55,795 bases of DNA from Candidatus Omnitrophota bacterium. GTDB lineage: Bacteria > Omnitrophota > Gorgyraeia > Gygaellales > Profunditerraquicolaceae. The position numbers and the translations under genes were made by a program. The stretch lies in contig JBAXLM010000003.1 in assembly GCA_037134795.1 (NCBI GenBank), forward strand, positions 1 to 55,795, written 5' to 3'. Below are positions 35,517 through 47,595 of this stretch, one piece after another. The notes beneath the pieces are model-generated. The model did not search any database and was not told where the DNA came from. It worked only from the letters and a program-made list of their open reading frames with translations. Position 1 is the first letter of the stretch; each line of letters opens with the position of its first letter.

Positions 35517-36376
35517 TATTTATTCCCTCCCTTGATAACTTTTGCAATGCGCTCTAAGTCTTCTTGCGAATAAAATTCAATATTAATATGCCCCCGCTTT
35601 TTTCTTTTAATTATGCGCACTTTAGTGGCTAAAGCGTGTTGCATTTGCTCCTCAAGAATAGCAACTAATGGTTCACTCTGTCCTTGGCCAATTTTTCGTC
35701 TTAGTCCTTTTGGCCGGCTAGTTTTAATTAAATTTTCCAATTCTCGTACAGAAAGGCCTTTGCTGATAATATCCTGAGCCAATCTACGCTGTTGGTTCGC
35801 ATCGTCAATTTCAAGTAAGGTGCGCCCATGCGCAAAACTGATGCGGCCTTTTTTCATCTCCTGTTGAATTTCATGCGGGAGTTTGAGTAGGCGCAAAGTA
35901 TTTGTAATTGTAGACCTAGCTTTTCCTAAAACTTCACTTATTTTTTCTTGAGTAACTTGAAACTTATCCATCAAGTGTTGATAAGCATGGGCTTCTTCAA
36001 TAGGATTTAAATCTTCCCTTTGAATATTTTCAATTAAAGCTAATTCTAAAGAATCTTGATCCGAAACATCGCGTACAATAATCGGTATCTCTTTGAGCCC
36101 CAAAGAGTTAGCAGCGCGAAGCCTCCGCTCTCCTGCAATAAGCTCGTAATTATCCCCTTTGCGCCTAACTAAAAGTGGCTGGATAACCCCTTTTTCCTTT
36201 ATAGACTGCGCTAATTCTTCAATACTTTGTTGATCAAAATCTTCGCGTGGCTGAAAGGGATTAGGCTTGATTTCTCCAGATTGGACATAAACAATCTCTT
36301 CTTTGCGCTCTTTGCTCTCTAAAACCTTTTCCGGAATCAATGCGCTAAGGCCTTTTCCTAATGCTTTTCTTTCCAT
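35516..36376 (-). CDS. parB: Chromosome partitioning protein ParB
   Basis: ALGKGLSALI, GVIQP, AGERRLRA, ENIQREDLNPIEEA. Confidence 0.96.
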   Translation of the reverse strand: MERKALGKGLSALIPEKVLESKERKEEIVYVQSGEIKPNPFQPREDFDQQSIEELAQSIKEKGVIQPLLVRRKGDNYELIAGERRLRAANSLGLKEIPIIVRDVSDQDSLELALIENIQREDLNPIEEAHAYQHLMDKFQVTQEKISEVLGKARSTITNTLRLLKLPHEIQQEMKKGRISFAHGRTLLEIDDANQQRRLAQDIISKGLSVRELENLIKTSRPKGLRRKIGQGQSEPLVAILEEQMQHALATKVRIIKRKKRGHINIEFYSQEDLERIAKVIKGGNK

Positions 36377-37152
36377 TATACCTCTCCTTGTCTACTTAAA
36401 CCTAAAATCTCTTTACTTAACTCTGCATATTTTTGTGCTCCAAGGGAATTGGCATCATATAAAGCAATAGGCTTACCAAAACTCGGCGCTTCAGTCAACC
36501 GAATATTGCGCGGGATAACAGTATTATAAACTTTATCTTTAAAATGATTACGCGCTTCCTGGATAACTTCTTTAGTCAGATTAGTACGAAAATCCGCCAT
36601 GGTCAAAAGCACCCCTTCAATGGCTAAGGAAGGATTGAGATTTTCTTTCACAAGTCTAACAGTGTTATGGAGTTGCGTCAATCCTTCCAATGCATAATAT
36701 TCACATTGTACTGGAATGATTACTGAATCAGCGGCACATAAAACATTAATTGTTAATAACCCCAATGATGGTGGCGAGTCTATAATAATAAAATCGTAGT
36801 TTTCTTTTTCTTTCTGCAAACCTCTTTTTAATCTATACTCTCTTCCTAACATTCCTACTAATTCTACCTCTGCACCTGTTAAATCTAGATTAGAAGGAGC
36901 GAGTAGAAGATTATCAACCAAAGTCTTTTGTAAGATATCACCAACGCTTAATTCTTCTAATAAAACATGATAGGTGCTTTTCTTAATGTCATGCTTATTG
37001 ATTCCAATACCACTTGTAGCGTTAGCCTGAGGATCTAAATCAACAAGCATAACTTTTTTACCCGCCAAAGCTAGATAAGCTGCCAGGTTAATCGAAGTGG
37101 TAGTTTTACCTACTCCACCCTTCTGATTACAAATTGCAATTATTTTACCCAT
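36376..37152 (-). CDS. parA: Chromosome partitioning ATPase ParA/Soj
   Basis: NQKGGVGKTTT, DLDPQANAT, EAPSFG. Confidence 0.96.
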   Translation of the reverse strand: MGKIIAICNQKGGVGKTTTSINLAAYLALAGKKVMLVDLDPQANATSGIGINKHDIKKSTYHVLLEELSVGDILQKTLVDNLLLAPSNLDLTGAEVELVGMLGREYRLKRGLQKEKENYDFIIIDSPPSLGLLTINVLCAADSVIIPVQCEYYALEGLTQLHNTVRLVKENLNPSLAIEGVLLTMADFRTNLTKEVIQEARNHFKDKVYNTVIPRNIRLTEAPSFGKPIALYDANSLGAQKYAELSKEILGLSRQGEV

Positions 37153-37174
37153 TGATATTGTTTCAGTTACAAAT

Positions 37175-37190
37175 TGTTCCCCGGGAAACT
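37175..37190. promoter_or_regulatory. parS-like site 1
   Basis: TGTTCCCCGGGAAACT vs consensus TGTTNCACGTGAAACA, just upstream of parA. Confidence 0.55.
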
Positions 37191-37226
37191 TCCCGTCTGC
37201 TTACATCTAAAATGTCTTGTTAAAAA

Positions 37227-37242
37227 TGTTCCGTGTGGAACA
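37227..37242. promoter_or_regulatory. parS-like site 2
   Basis: TGTTCCGTGTGGAACA. Confidence 0.7.
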
Positions 37243-37292
37243 CTTAAGCTTCTTAAAGTTATTATCCTAAAATATGCTGTTTTGTCAAGCAG

Positions 37293-37484
37293 TTATTTGC
37301 TTTCAACCACACTAACCCGCACCTTAGCTGGTTTGGCTCCTGGCATACCAAAAAGGCCCTTTTTCTCCTCAGAGAGCATTTCAACTCGCACGCGCTTACG
37401 TGGCAACTTCAATATCTGTAACGCCTTTTCTATGGCTTCTTCTACTGTTTTGCCTTCAGCTTCTATGTATCTCTCGTTCTTCAT
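37293..37484 (-). CDS. Jag N-terminal-domain-only protein
   Basis: EGKTVEEAIEKAL..L, KKGLFG...KPAKVRV; stops at 63 aa with no KH or R3H domain. Confidence 0.85.
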   Translation of the reverse strand: MKNERYIEAEGKTVEEAIEKALQILKLPRKRVRVEMLSEEKKGLFGMPGAKPAKVRVSVVESK

Positions 37485-38998
37485 TTCTGACTATTAATAC
37501 GAAACTGGTATGCAAGCATTAATGCGCTATTCACAAACCAATAAAGCACTAATCCTGATGGCATTTGGTAAAAAATAACCCCAAACATAATTGGCATAAT
37601 TATAGACATGATCTTTTGCTGTTGGGCTGCTTCACCCGTAGCTTTAGCCATAGATATCTTTTGCTGCACAAACATGCCAATAGCCATTAGAATAGGTAAT
37701 ATATTAACCTGGTTACCTAAAAACGGTATTGTATTTTTAAAGACAAAAAGCTGATCTGGAGCAGACAGATCTTTAATCCAGAGGAATTTGGCGCCTCTTA
37801 AAGCTACTGAGCGGATTAATGCTTGATAAAGCGCAAAGAAAATAGGCATTTGCAGCAATAATGGCAAACAACCACTTAGCGGATTAACCTTATGCTCTTT
37901 GTAGAGCTCCATAATCTCCTTATTCAGCTTCTGTGGGTTGTCCTTTAGCTCTTTACGTAAACCTTCAATCTTTGGTTGTAGAAGTTGCATCTCCTTCATA
38001 GAGCGCATTTGTTTTAATGTAAGTGGAAATAATGCAAGATACACTACAACGCTAAGTAAAATTATCGCCCAACCCCAATTATGCACTAAAGTATAAAAGA
38101 ATCCTAATAACTGCAAAAGAAGTTGTGCGATAAAATCAAAAGTACCATAGTAAATACTTGATGTCCATTCTGGTTTAATACTACTTATTGTCTTTAAATC
38201 TTGTGGCCCCAAATAGATACGATATGATTGTCCAATCTGAGCGCCAGGTTTTAGACTAATCTCCTTTGCTAACACACCTACTTCAGATTCTTGAGAGTTA
38301 ATCTTCTTGATATAACCACTGCCTTCTCCAGTTGCCGGCTCAGCAATCAGACAAAAATATTGATCACGTAATCCCATGAATTTTACATCCTGACTATTAA
38401 AATCTTTACCCGGGCCAAGATGCAAAGTTTTTGCATTACCTCCAACAAAAACCCCCTGATAACGCGACTGCACATTTTTTGCGGATAAATCTAGCTTTCC
38501 TAAAACTAATTGGGAAGAGAAAGAAAGAGGGGAGGTAGATAAATTGATCGTTTGTATATCTAACCCTATGGCATAGCTATTGTTAGGAATAGTAAACTTC
38601 TTAATAATCCGTTTATTTTGATCTTGATAAACAAAAGAAATTGAATCTTTATTGATTGTCTCAACTTTAAACAAACTTTTGTCATTACTGTAAAAACCAA
38701 CAGTAAGCGGCAATCGATGCTCTTTATTGTTTTTAAACACCACCTCAACAATAGCAGCCTTGGCGACATCAAAAATAATTTCCCTGGTATCTTGTTTGAA
38801 AGTTACAAGCTCTTTTACAACTTCTGCTTTTTCTTGAGATAAATCTGCAGCTATAACAGAAGGGGAAGATTGCACAATAGATGGCTGCAATTGTGTAACT
38901 TGTTGATTACCAGCGGTTTGTGGCTTGGTAACCAAAGCTGACCAAGCTAAAAGAATTAAAAGCGACAATGCAATAGCCAGTACTAAGCGTTTTTCCAT
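37481..38998 (-). CDS. yidC: Membrane protein insertase YidC
   Basis: NWGWAII, LQPKI, NPLSGCLP.L.QMPIF, FLWI.DLS.PD, PSGLVLYW. Confidence 0.96.
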   Translation of the reverse strand: MEKRLVLAIALSLLILLAWSALVTKPQTAGNQQVTQLQPSIVQSSPSVIAADLSQEKAEVVKELVTFKQDTREIIFDVAKAAIVEVVFKNNKEHRLPLTVGFYSNDKSLFKVETINKDSISFVYQDQNKRIIKKFTIPNNSYAIGLDIQTINLSTSPLSFSSQLVLGKLDLSAKNVQSRYQGVFVGGNAKTLHLGPGKDFNSQDVKFMGLRDQYFCLIAEPATGEGSGYIKKINSQESEVGVLAKEISLKPGAQIGQSYRIYLGPQDLKTISSIKPEWTSSIYYGTFDFIAQLLLQLLGFFYTLVHNWGWAIILLSVVVYLALFPLTLKQMRSMKEMQLLQPKIEGLRKELKDNPQKLNKEIMELYKEHKVNPLSGCLPLLLQMPIFFALYQALIRSVALRGAKFLWIKDLSAPDQLFVFKNTIPFLGNQVNILPILMAIGMFVQQKISMAKATGEAAQQQKIMSIIMPIMFGVIFYQMPSGLVLYWFVNSALMLAYQFRINSQK

Positions 38999-39003
38999 AA
39001 ATT

Positions 39004-39228
39004 TTATACTAAGGGGTCATAACTTGGCCGTCTACAAAAAGGATGGCACCGGCATATTCTTGTTATTCCCTTAAATACTCCTTTAATAATTCCATATTTT
39101 AAAATAGCCTGCTTTGCATACTCTGAACAGCTGGGTTCAAAGCGGCAGGTTGCAGGTATTACCGGCCTGATATACTTTTGATACGCAGTAATTAAAGCTT
39201 GTGTTAAATTTACCAATATTAAACGCAA
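39004..39228 (-). CDS. yidD: Membrane protein insertion efficiency factor
   Basis: [20 protein letters not shown]. Confidence 0.92.
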   Translation of the reverse strand: MRLILVNLTQALITAYQKYIRPVIPATCRFEPSCSEYAKQAILKYGIIKGVFKGITRICRCHPFCRRPSYDPLV

Positions 39229-39356
39229 AGCTTCTTTCTGCCTTTCTGTCGTCGGCGTGCCAAAAGTTTACGCCCAGACTTGGTGGCCATTCTACTGCGG
39301 AAACCATGCTGCTTTTTGCCCACAATATTTGTCGGGGTCTTCAAGTTCTTCTTCAT
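39219..39356 (-). CDS. rpmH: 50S ribosomal protein L34 (missing from the ORF track)
   Basis: Translated by hand: [45 protein letters not shown]; SD GGAG upstream. Confidence 0.93.
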   Translation of the reverse strand: MKKNLKTPTNIVGKKQHGFRSRMATKSGRKLLARRRQKGRKKLCV

Positions 39357-39633
39357 TTTTTATCTCCCTAGTAATGCATCCACTGTTTATGTAGTTTACT
39401 TAAAAAATGATTTGAAATTTTCTCCGTGAATTTGTGAATTGTAACACAAATTTTTATAGCGGTCAAGTTTTTTGTTGACGTAAATATTTATTATTGTATA
39501 ATAGCTAGCGTTTAACTTTTTTACTTGCAAGGATTTTGGTCTCTGTTATAATGGCTTTATTAATAAATATTTTGAGCTGCATTTTTATCCACAGATTTAT
39601 ACAAGGTGTGCATAAACTGTTAATACTGTAAAT
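39357..39633. other. oriC part 1 (upstream of dnaA) with DnaA boxes
   Basis: TTATCCACA at 39585-39593; TGTGCATAA at 39607-39615; gene orientation flips here. Confidence 0.75.
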
Positions 39634-40971
39634 ATGTTAGAGCTTAATCAGTGCTGGGAAGAGTCGCAAAAAGAGTTAAAGCGCAAGCTCGGTGATACGA
39701 TTTTTTCTACCTGGATCGCGCCGCTCAAGTTTATACCCAAGGATAACAACACCATTGATCTTGAAGCGCCAGATCAGTTTTTCAAAGAATGGGTGGAGAA
39801 ACATTACTTCACGCTGATCCGAGAGGCAGCGCAAAGCAAGGGCGTGGATAATCTGTTAGTAAATTTGGTTGTGGGGAATAAGCTAGACTATCCCGCTCTG
39901 ACCGATAGAACACCGGAACATACTGTTAAAGCAACGCAAGGCACCGGGCTTGTTAATCTTAATTTACGTTATACTTTTGAAAATTTCGTTGTAGGCTCGG
40001 GCAACCGCCACGCGCATGCTTATTCTTTAGCAGTAGCAAACTCCCCGGCCAAAACATATAACCCGTTATTTATTTACGGAGGGGTGGGTTTAGGTAAAAC
40101 ACACCTCATCCAGGCGATCTGTCATCAAATCAAAAACTCTGCGCCTGGCGGAATTAAAATTTGCTACATCTCAAGTGAAAAATTCACTAATGAATTGATT
40201 GACGCCATCCAGCATCATTCCACCGCGGCGTTCCGGCAAAAATACCGCAATGTTGATGTCCTGGTTATTGATGATATCCATTTTATCGCCGGTAAAGAGT
40301 CAACCCAGGAAGAGTTTTTTCACACTTTTAATACTCTTTATGACGCGCATAAGCAGATAGTGTTCTCCTCAGATAGGCCGCCTAAAGAGATCGCTAATTT
40401 ACAGGAAAGACTGGTATCGCGTTTTGGCTGGGGGCTGACTACTGATATTCAACCTCCGGATTTAGAAACACGCGTGGCGATTTTAAAGAAGAAAATTGAG
40501 CGCGAGCCCGTAAGCGTCCCCGATGAAGTAATTTTCTTTATTGCCCAACTTATTAAAACTAATGTACGTGAATTAGAAGGGGCTTTAATTCGTACTATTG
40601 CCTATTCTTTATTAGAAGAAGCACCCGTAACCTTACAATTAGCTAAAGAGGTGCTGAAAGATTTACTCAAAGAACCAAAAAAACTAGTTACTGTCGATTT
40701 TATTCAACGTTCGATAGCAGAAGAGTTTGGTATGACGTTACAGGATATTAAATCTAAGCGCCGCAACAAACAAGTAGTTTTCCCCCGGCAGATCGCCATG
40801 TATTTAAGCAGGGAGTTAACGGAGTTGTCTCTGCCTGAAATTGGAGAGCTTTTTGGCGGGAAAGACCATACTACTGTTTTACATTCCTATAATAAAATTA
40901 AAGAAGAGTTATTGCGGAACGCGGAACTCAAAGAGCGTTTAGAAAAAATTATACAAGGGATTCGGCAGTAA
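39634..40971 (+). CDS. dnaA: Chromosomal replication initiator DnaA
   Basis: YNPLFIYGGVGLGKTHL, IDDIHF, RELEGAL, GGKDHTTVLH. Confidence 0.98.
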   Translation: MLELNQCWEESQKELKRKLGDTIFSTWIAPLKFIPKDNNTIDLEAPDQFFKEWVEKHYFTLIREAAQSKGVDNLLVNLVVGNKLDYPALTDRTPEHTVKATQGTGLVNLNLRYTFENFVVGSGNRHAHAYSLAVANSPAKTYNPLFIYGGVGLGKTHLIQAICHQIKNSAPGGIKICYISSEKFTNELIDAIQHHSTAAFRQKYRNVDVLVIDDIHFIAGKESTQEEFFHTFNTLYDAHKQIVFSSDRPPKEIANLQERLVSRFGWGLTTDIQPPDLETRVAILKKKIEREPVSVPDEVIFFIAQLIKTNVRELEGALIRTIAYSLLEEAPVTLQLAKEVLKDLLKEPKKLVTVDFIQRSIAEEFGMTLQDIKSKRRNKQVVFPRQIAMYLSRELTELSLPEIGELFGGKDHTTVLHSYNKIKEELLRNAELKERLEKIIQGIRQ

Positions 40972-41111
40972 TCCACTGGATATTCAAAGGATAGTTTTGC
41001 TCTAATTGTGGTAAAAATATATAGTTAAAGAGTTTTTAACAGAAATCTAACCCCTTTACTACTATTACGATATTAAGTTTCTATATATATATTAATAGAA
41101 GGAGATAAAAA
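40972..41111. other. oriC part 2 (dnaA-dnaN) with DnaA-trio-like run and AT-rich unwinding element
   Basis: CCCC then TACTACTATTAC (41057-41068) then TATATATATATTAAT, resembling the Bacillus-type basal unwinding system. Confidence 0.6.
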
Positions 41112-42203
41112 ATGAAGTTTAAAGTACAAAAAAGTATTTTAATTAACGCCATTCAGATCGTACAAAACGTTATAAGCACAAAAGCAGCTTTGCCTATTCT
41201 TTCTAATATATTAATAGAGGCTCAAGTAGACGGGGTAGCTTTAACTGCTACTGACTTAGATATAGGAATAACCTGTGTAATCCCTGTGGATATCCAGGAA
41301 CAAGGGGCGATTACTATTCCTGCTAAAAGATTTAGCGATATTATTAAAGAATTCCCTTTAGAGTCTGTGAGTATTACTACGAAAAAAAACAACCTGGTAA
41401 TTATTGATTCGGAGGCATGTCAGTTTAAAATTATGGGGTTGGGCCGCGAAGAGTTTCCTAAATTGCCCGAGTTTAAAGATAAAAAAGTGATTAAAATTGA
41501 GCAAGCCCTTTTAAAGCAAATGTTATCCTTGACTTCTTTTGCGGTTTCTGGTGATGAAACCCGCTATGTGTTAAATGGAACACTTTTTAAAATTAACAAA
41601 GGAGTTTTAACTCTTGTGTCTACCGACGGCAAAAGGCTGGCTATCGCAGAGAAAAAGTTGGGGGCCGAAGAAGACGTGGACTTACAAATAATTATCCCGA
41701 TTAAAACCATTCATGAGTTAAACCGCAATCTTAAAGACGAGGGAGAATTATCTTTAATTGTAGGCAGTAATCAGGCATTGTTTGATTTGGGGGCTGTTGT
41801 GGTAATTTCGCGTTTGATAGAGGGGGAATTTCCCGACTATAAACAGGTGATTCCAGTAGCATCGGAAAATAAGATGAAGGTGGCACGCAGCCAGTTTTTA
41901 TTGGCGGTAAAAAGAGCGGCACTTTTAGCAACCCCGGATTATCAGGGAGTAAAGTTAGAGGTTTTTAAAAATAAACTAGTTGTGTCAAAGTCAACGCCTG
42001 ATGTAGGCGAGTCGCGGGAAGAGTTGGTTGTGGAATATCAGGGGCGCGAGTTGGCAATTGGGTTTAACCCCGTTTATCTAATTGATATTTTGAAAAACCT
42101 CAGCGAGGAAACAATTAACTTGGAATTAACGGATAGCGAGAAACCCGGGGTGATCCGTATTAGCGGGTATGTGTATATAGTTTTACCTATGCGGCTTAAT
42201 TAG
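41112..42203 (+). CDS. dnaN: DNA polymerase III beta sliding clamp
   Basis: ATDL, TDG.RLA, SRLIEGEFPDY, C-terminal LPMR. Confidence 0.97.
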   Translation: MKFKVQKSILINAIQIVQNVISTKAALPILSNILIEAQVDGVALTATDLDIGITCVIPVDIQEQGAITIPAKRFSDIIKEFPLESVSITTKKNNLVIIDSEACQFKIMGLGREEFPKLPEFKDKKVIKIEQALLKQMLSLTSFAVSGDETRYVLNGTLFKINKGVLTLVSTDGKRLAIAEKKLGAEEDVDLQIIIPIKTIHELNRNLKDEGELSLIVGSNQALFDLGAVVVISRLIEGEFPDYKQVIPVASENKMKVARSQFLLAVKRAALLATPDYQGVKLEVFKNKLVVSKSTPDVGESREELVVEYQGRELAIGFNPVYLIDILKNLSEETINLELTDSEKPGVIRISGYVYIVLPMRLN

Positions 42204-42208
42204 CTAAC

Positions 42209-42493
42209 ATGGAGCCTTTGAAAAATACATTAGATGCGCTTATGCTCGGCCTCTCGCATAAAAAAACAGGTTGTCCAGGCGCTGGCCCTGAGCAGTGGTT
42301 AAAAAAAGCCTTGACAAAGAAAGAGTTGCAGCATATAAAAGTTAAATATTTCAGTAAGGGCGTGCTTAGTTTAAACGTAGATTCTTCCGTGTGGTTATAT
42401 ATTTTAAGCCTGAAGAAAGAAGAGCTACTGAAGATATTACAAAAAGAAGCTCCTGCGGTCAGAAATATTAATTTACGCATTGGGGAAATGTAA
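42209..42493 (+). CDS. DUF721/DciA-like protein
   Basis: W...H......GVL...VDSSVW...L...K..LL pattern; position before gyrB. Confidence 0.7.
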   Translation: MEPLKNTLDALMLGLSHKKTGCPGAGPEQWLKKALTKKELQHIKVKYFSKGVLSLNVDSSVWLYILSLKKEELLKILQKEAPAVRNINLRIGEM

Positions 42494-44935
<2,442 letters not shown>

Positions 44936-45040
44936 CAAAAGTAAAAAGTTAAAAGTAAAAAGTTAAAACTACAACTCAAAATTCAAAAGTTTTAACTTTT
45001 GACTTGTGGTTTTACCTTTTGCATTTTTAGTTTTAAGTTT
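44936..45040. repeat. Family H element between gyrB and gyrA
   Basis: AAAAGTT/AAAAGTA heptamers, AAAACTACAA core, mirror arm TTGTGGTTTT. Confidence 0.85.
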
Positions 45041-45063
45041 GGGCTCTAATACGGGAATAAAAC

Positions 45064-47496
45064 ATGTATACTCGCAACGAAAAAATAATTCCGGTTTATA
45101 TTGAAGATGAGGTTAAGGATTCTTATTTGAATTACGCGATGAGCGTAATTGTGGGCCGCGCCCTGCCTGATGTGCGCGACGGATTAAAGCCTGTGCATCG
45201 CAGAATTCTTTACGCCATGCAGGAGCTTAATCTTGAGCATTCTAAACCCTATAAGAAATGTGCGCGTATTGTCGGTGAGACTATGGGTAAGTATCACCCG
45301 CATGGCGATGTAGCTATTTATGATACCTTAGTAAGAATGGCGCAGGATTTTTCCTTGCGCTATCCGCTCGTTGATGGCCAAGGAAATTTCGGATCAGTCG
45401 ACGGGGACGCAGCAGCGGCTATGCGTTATACCGAAGCGCGCCTGGCTGCGATTTCTGAAGAGATGCTCAGTGATATTGAAAAAGAAACCGTCAATTTCGG
45501 CCCGAACTTTGATTCTTCTTTAAAAGAGCCGTTACTGTTACCCGCGAGTTTGCCGAATCTATTAGTGAATGGCTCAAGCGGTATTGCCGTGGGCATGGCT
45601 ACCAATATACCGCCGCATAATTTAAATGAAGTATGCGATGCCATTATTTACCTGCTTGATCACCCCGAGGCTGAAATTAAGGATTTGATGCGTTATATCA
45701 AGGGGCCGGATTTTCCTACCGGAGGATTAATTTGCGGCAAGGCGGGGATTAAAGATGCGTATACTACCGGAAGAGGTAAGTTGCTCATACGTTCCCGGGC
45801 AACCGTAGAGCATCAAAAGAACGGTAAAGATTTGATTATTATTACTGAAATTCCTTATCAGGTGCAGAAATCCGGAGTTATTGAAGCTATCGCAGCTTTG
45901 GTTGATGATAAAAAAATTGAAGGCATATCTGATATCCGCGATGAATCTGATAAAGATGGCATGCGCATTGTGGTTGAACTCAAGCGGGATATTGAATCTC
46001 AGATTGTTTTAAATCAACTTTTTAAACATACCCAACTGGAAACTACATTTGGCATTATTATGCTGGCTTTGGTGGATAACCGGCCCAAGGTATTAAATTT
46101 ACGCCAGGTTTTAGATTGCTATATTGAACACCGCAAGATTGTTATCCGCCGGCGTACCCAGTTTGAATTAGATAAGGCTTTAAGGCGCGCGCATATTTTA
46201 GAAGGATTAAAGATAGCGCTTAAGTTTATCGATCGTATTATTAAAGTAATCAAAACTTCCAAATCCGTTGAGTTGGCTAAGATAAACTTAATGAAGGAGT
46301 TCGAGCTTTCGGAGTTGCAATCGCAGGCAATTCTTGAAATGCAGCTGCAGCGCTTAACTGCTCTTGAGCGCGATAAACTTGACGCGGAGTATGCTGAGCT
46401 TTTAAAGAAAATTGAAATCTGCCGGGCGATTTTAGGTTCGGAGAAAAAAATTGAAGGGATCATTAAGGAAGAACTGGAGAATTTAAAGAAAAAATACGGG
46501 GACCAAAGGCGCACAGATATAGTAGGCGAAGCAGAAGAGTTGGAGGTTGAGGATTTTATTGCCGAAGAGGATGTAGTGGTGACAATTAGCCATGGCGGTT
46601 ACATTAAACGTTTGCCAGTAAGCGCCTACCGTAAACAAAAACGCGGGGGCACAGGGGCAACCGGCGCGGATTTAAAAGAGGAAGATTTTAGCGAGCATCT
46701 TTTTGTAGCTTCTACCAAAGATTTCCTTTTGATCTTTACAGATAAAGGGCAGGTGCACTGGTTAAAGGTTTATGAGATACCTCAAGCTAGCCGTATTTCT
46801 AAGGGCAAGGCTATTGTGAATTTAGTGCAGATGGAACAGGTTGCGAAAATTAGTTCTACTATTCCGGTTAAAGAATTTTCACCGGATAAATATTTAGTCA
46901 TGGTGACTAAACTCGGGCAAATTAAGAAAACTAAGTTAGAAGCTTATGGTAATCCGCGTAAAGGCGGGATTATCGGGATCGCTTTAGATAAGGACGATGC
47001 TTTGATCGGCGTAGAAATGACCGATGGCAAGCAGGAGCTGTTGATTGGAACCAGGCAGGGTAAAGCTATTAGGTTTTCCGAAGAGAATGTGCGCGACATG
47101 GGTAGAGGCGCACATGGGGTACGCGCGATATCTCTGGCTAAAAAGGATGAAGTTATTGATATGGTTGTCCCGCAAAAAAAATCCACCATTCTTACAGTTA
47201 CTAGTTTAGGTTTTGCCAAACGTACAACTATAGATGAATATCGTTTAACTAGCCGTGGCGGGAAAGGCGTGATTAATATTAAGGTTACTGATAAAAATGG
47301 CGAGGCAGTAAATTTAAAAAGTGTAAATGATAATGATGAACTTATGGTAATTACTCAGAATGGTATATTTTTGCGTTGTGCTATAAAAGATATACGTGAA
47401 ACCGGCCGTTCTGCTCAAGGTGTACGTTTAATTAAGCTGCAAGCTAAAGATCGGGTTGCTTGTGTTGCCCCGGTAATTGCCGAAGAAGAAGAATAA
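45064..47496 (+). CDS. gyrA: DNA gyrase subunit A
   Basis: [22 protein letters not shown], GyrA-box QKRGGTG. Confidence 0.98.
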   Translation: MYTRNEKIIPVYIEDEVKDSYLNYAMSVIVGRALPDVRDGLKPVHRRILYAMQELNLEHSKPYKKCARIVGETMGKYHPHGDVAIYDTLVRMAQDFSLRYPLVDGQGNFGSVDGDAAAAMRYTEARLAAISEEMLSDIEKETVNFGPNFDSSLKEPLLLPASLPNLLVNGSSGIAVGMATNIPPHNLNEVCDAIIYLLDHPEAEIKDLMRYIKGPDFPTGGLICGKAGIKDAYTTGRGKLLIRSRATVEHQKNGKDLIIITEIPYQVQKSGVIEAIAALVDDKKIEGISDIRDESDKDGMRIVVELKRDIESQIVLNQLFKHTQLETTFGIIMLALVDNRPKVLNLRQVLDCYIEHRKIVIRRRTQFELDKALRRAHILEGLKIALKFIDRIIKVIKTSKSVELAKINLMKEFELSELQSQAILEMQLQRLTALERDKLDAEYAELLKKIEICRAILGSEKKIEGIIKEELENLKKKYGDQRRTDIVGEAEELEVEDFIAEEDVVVTISHGGYIKRLPVSAYRKQKRGGTGATGADLKEEDFSEHLFVASTKDFLLIFTDKGQVHWLKVYEIPQASRISKGKAIVNLVQMEQVAKISSTIPVKEFSPDKYLVMVTKLGQIKKTKLEAYGNPRKGGIIGIALDKDDALIGVEMTDGKQELLIGTRQGKAIRFSEENVRDMGRGAHGVRAISLAKKDEVIDMVVPQKKSTILTVTSLGFAKRTTIDEYRLTSRGGKGVINIKVTDKNGEAVNLKSVNDNDELMVITQNGIFLRCAIKDIRETGRSAQGVRLIKLQAKDRVACVAPVIAEEEE

Positions 47497-47502
47497 AGAC
47501 TT

Positions 47503-47577
47503 GACCCCATCGTCTAGCCTGGTCTAGGACAAGAGCTTTTCAAGCTCTCGACACGGGTTCAAATCCCGTTGGGGTCA
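47503..47577 (+). tRNA. tRNA-Glu(TTC)
   Basis: Cloverleaf; anticodon loop TTTTCAA. Confidence 0.95.
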
Positions 47578-47595
47578 CTAAATTTAAGGTGCGCA

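Noticed and set aside
37174-37497. 107-aa plus-strand ORF upstream of parA
   Set aside because: Antisense to mini-jag and runs through the parS-like sites.
47569-47595. N-terminal extension of GlmS in the ORF track
   Set aside because: It overlaps tRNA-Glu, and GlmS needs Cys at position 2, so the start is 47596. No space for a glmS ribozyme either.
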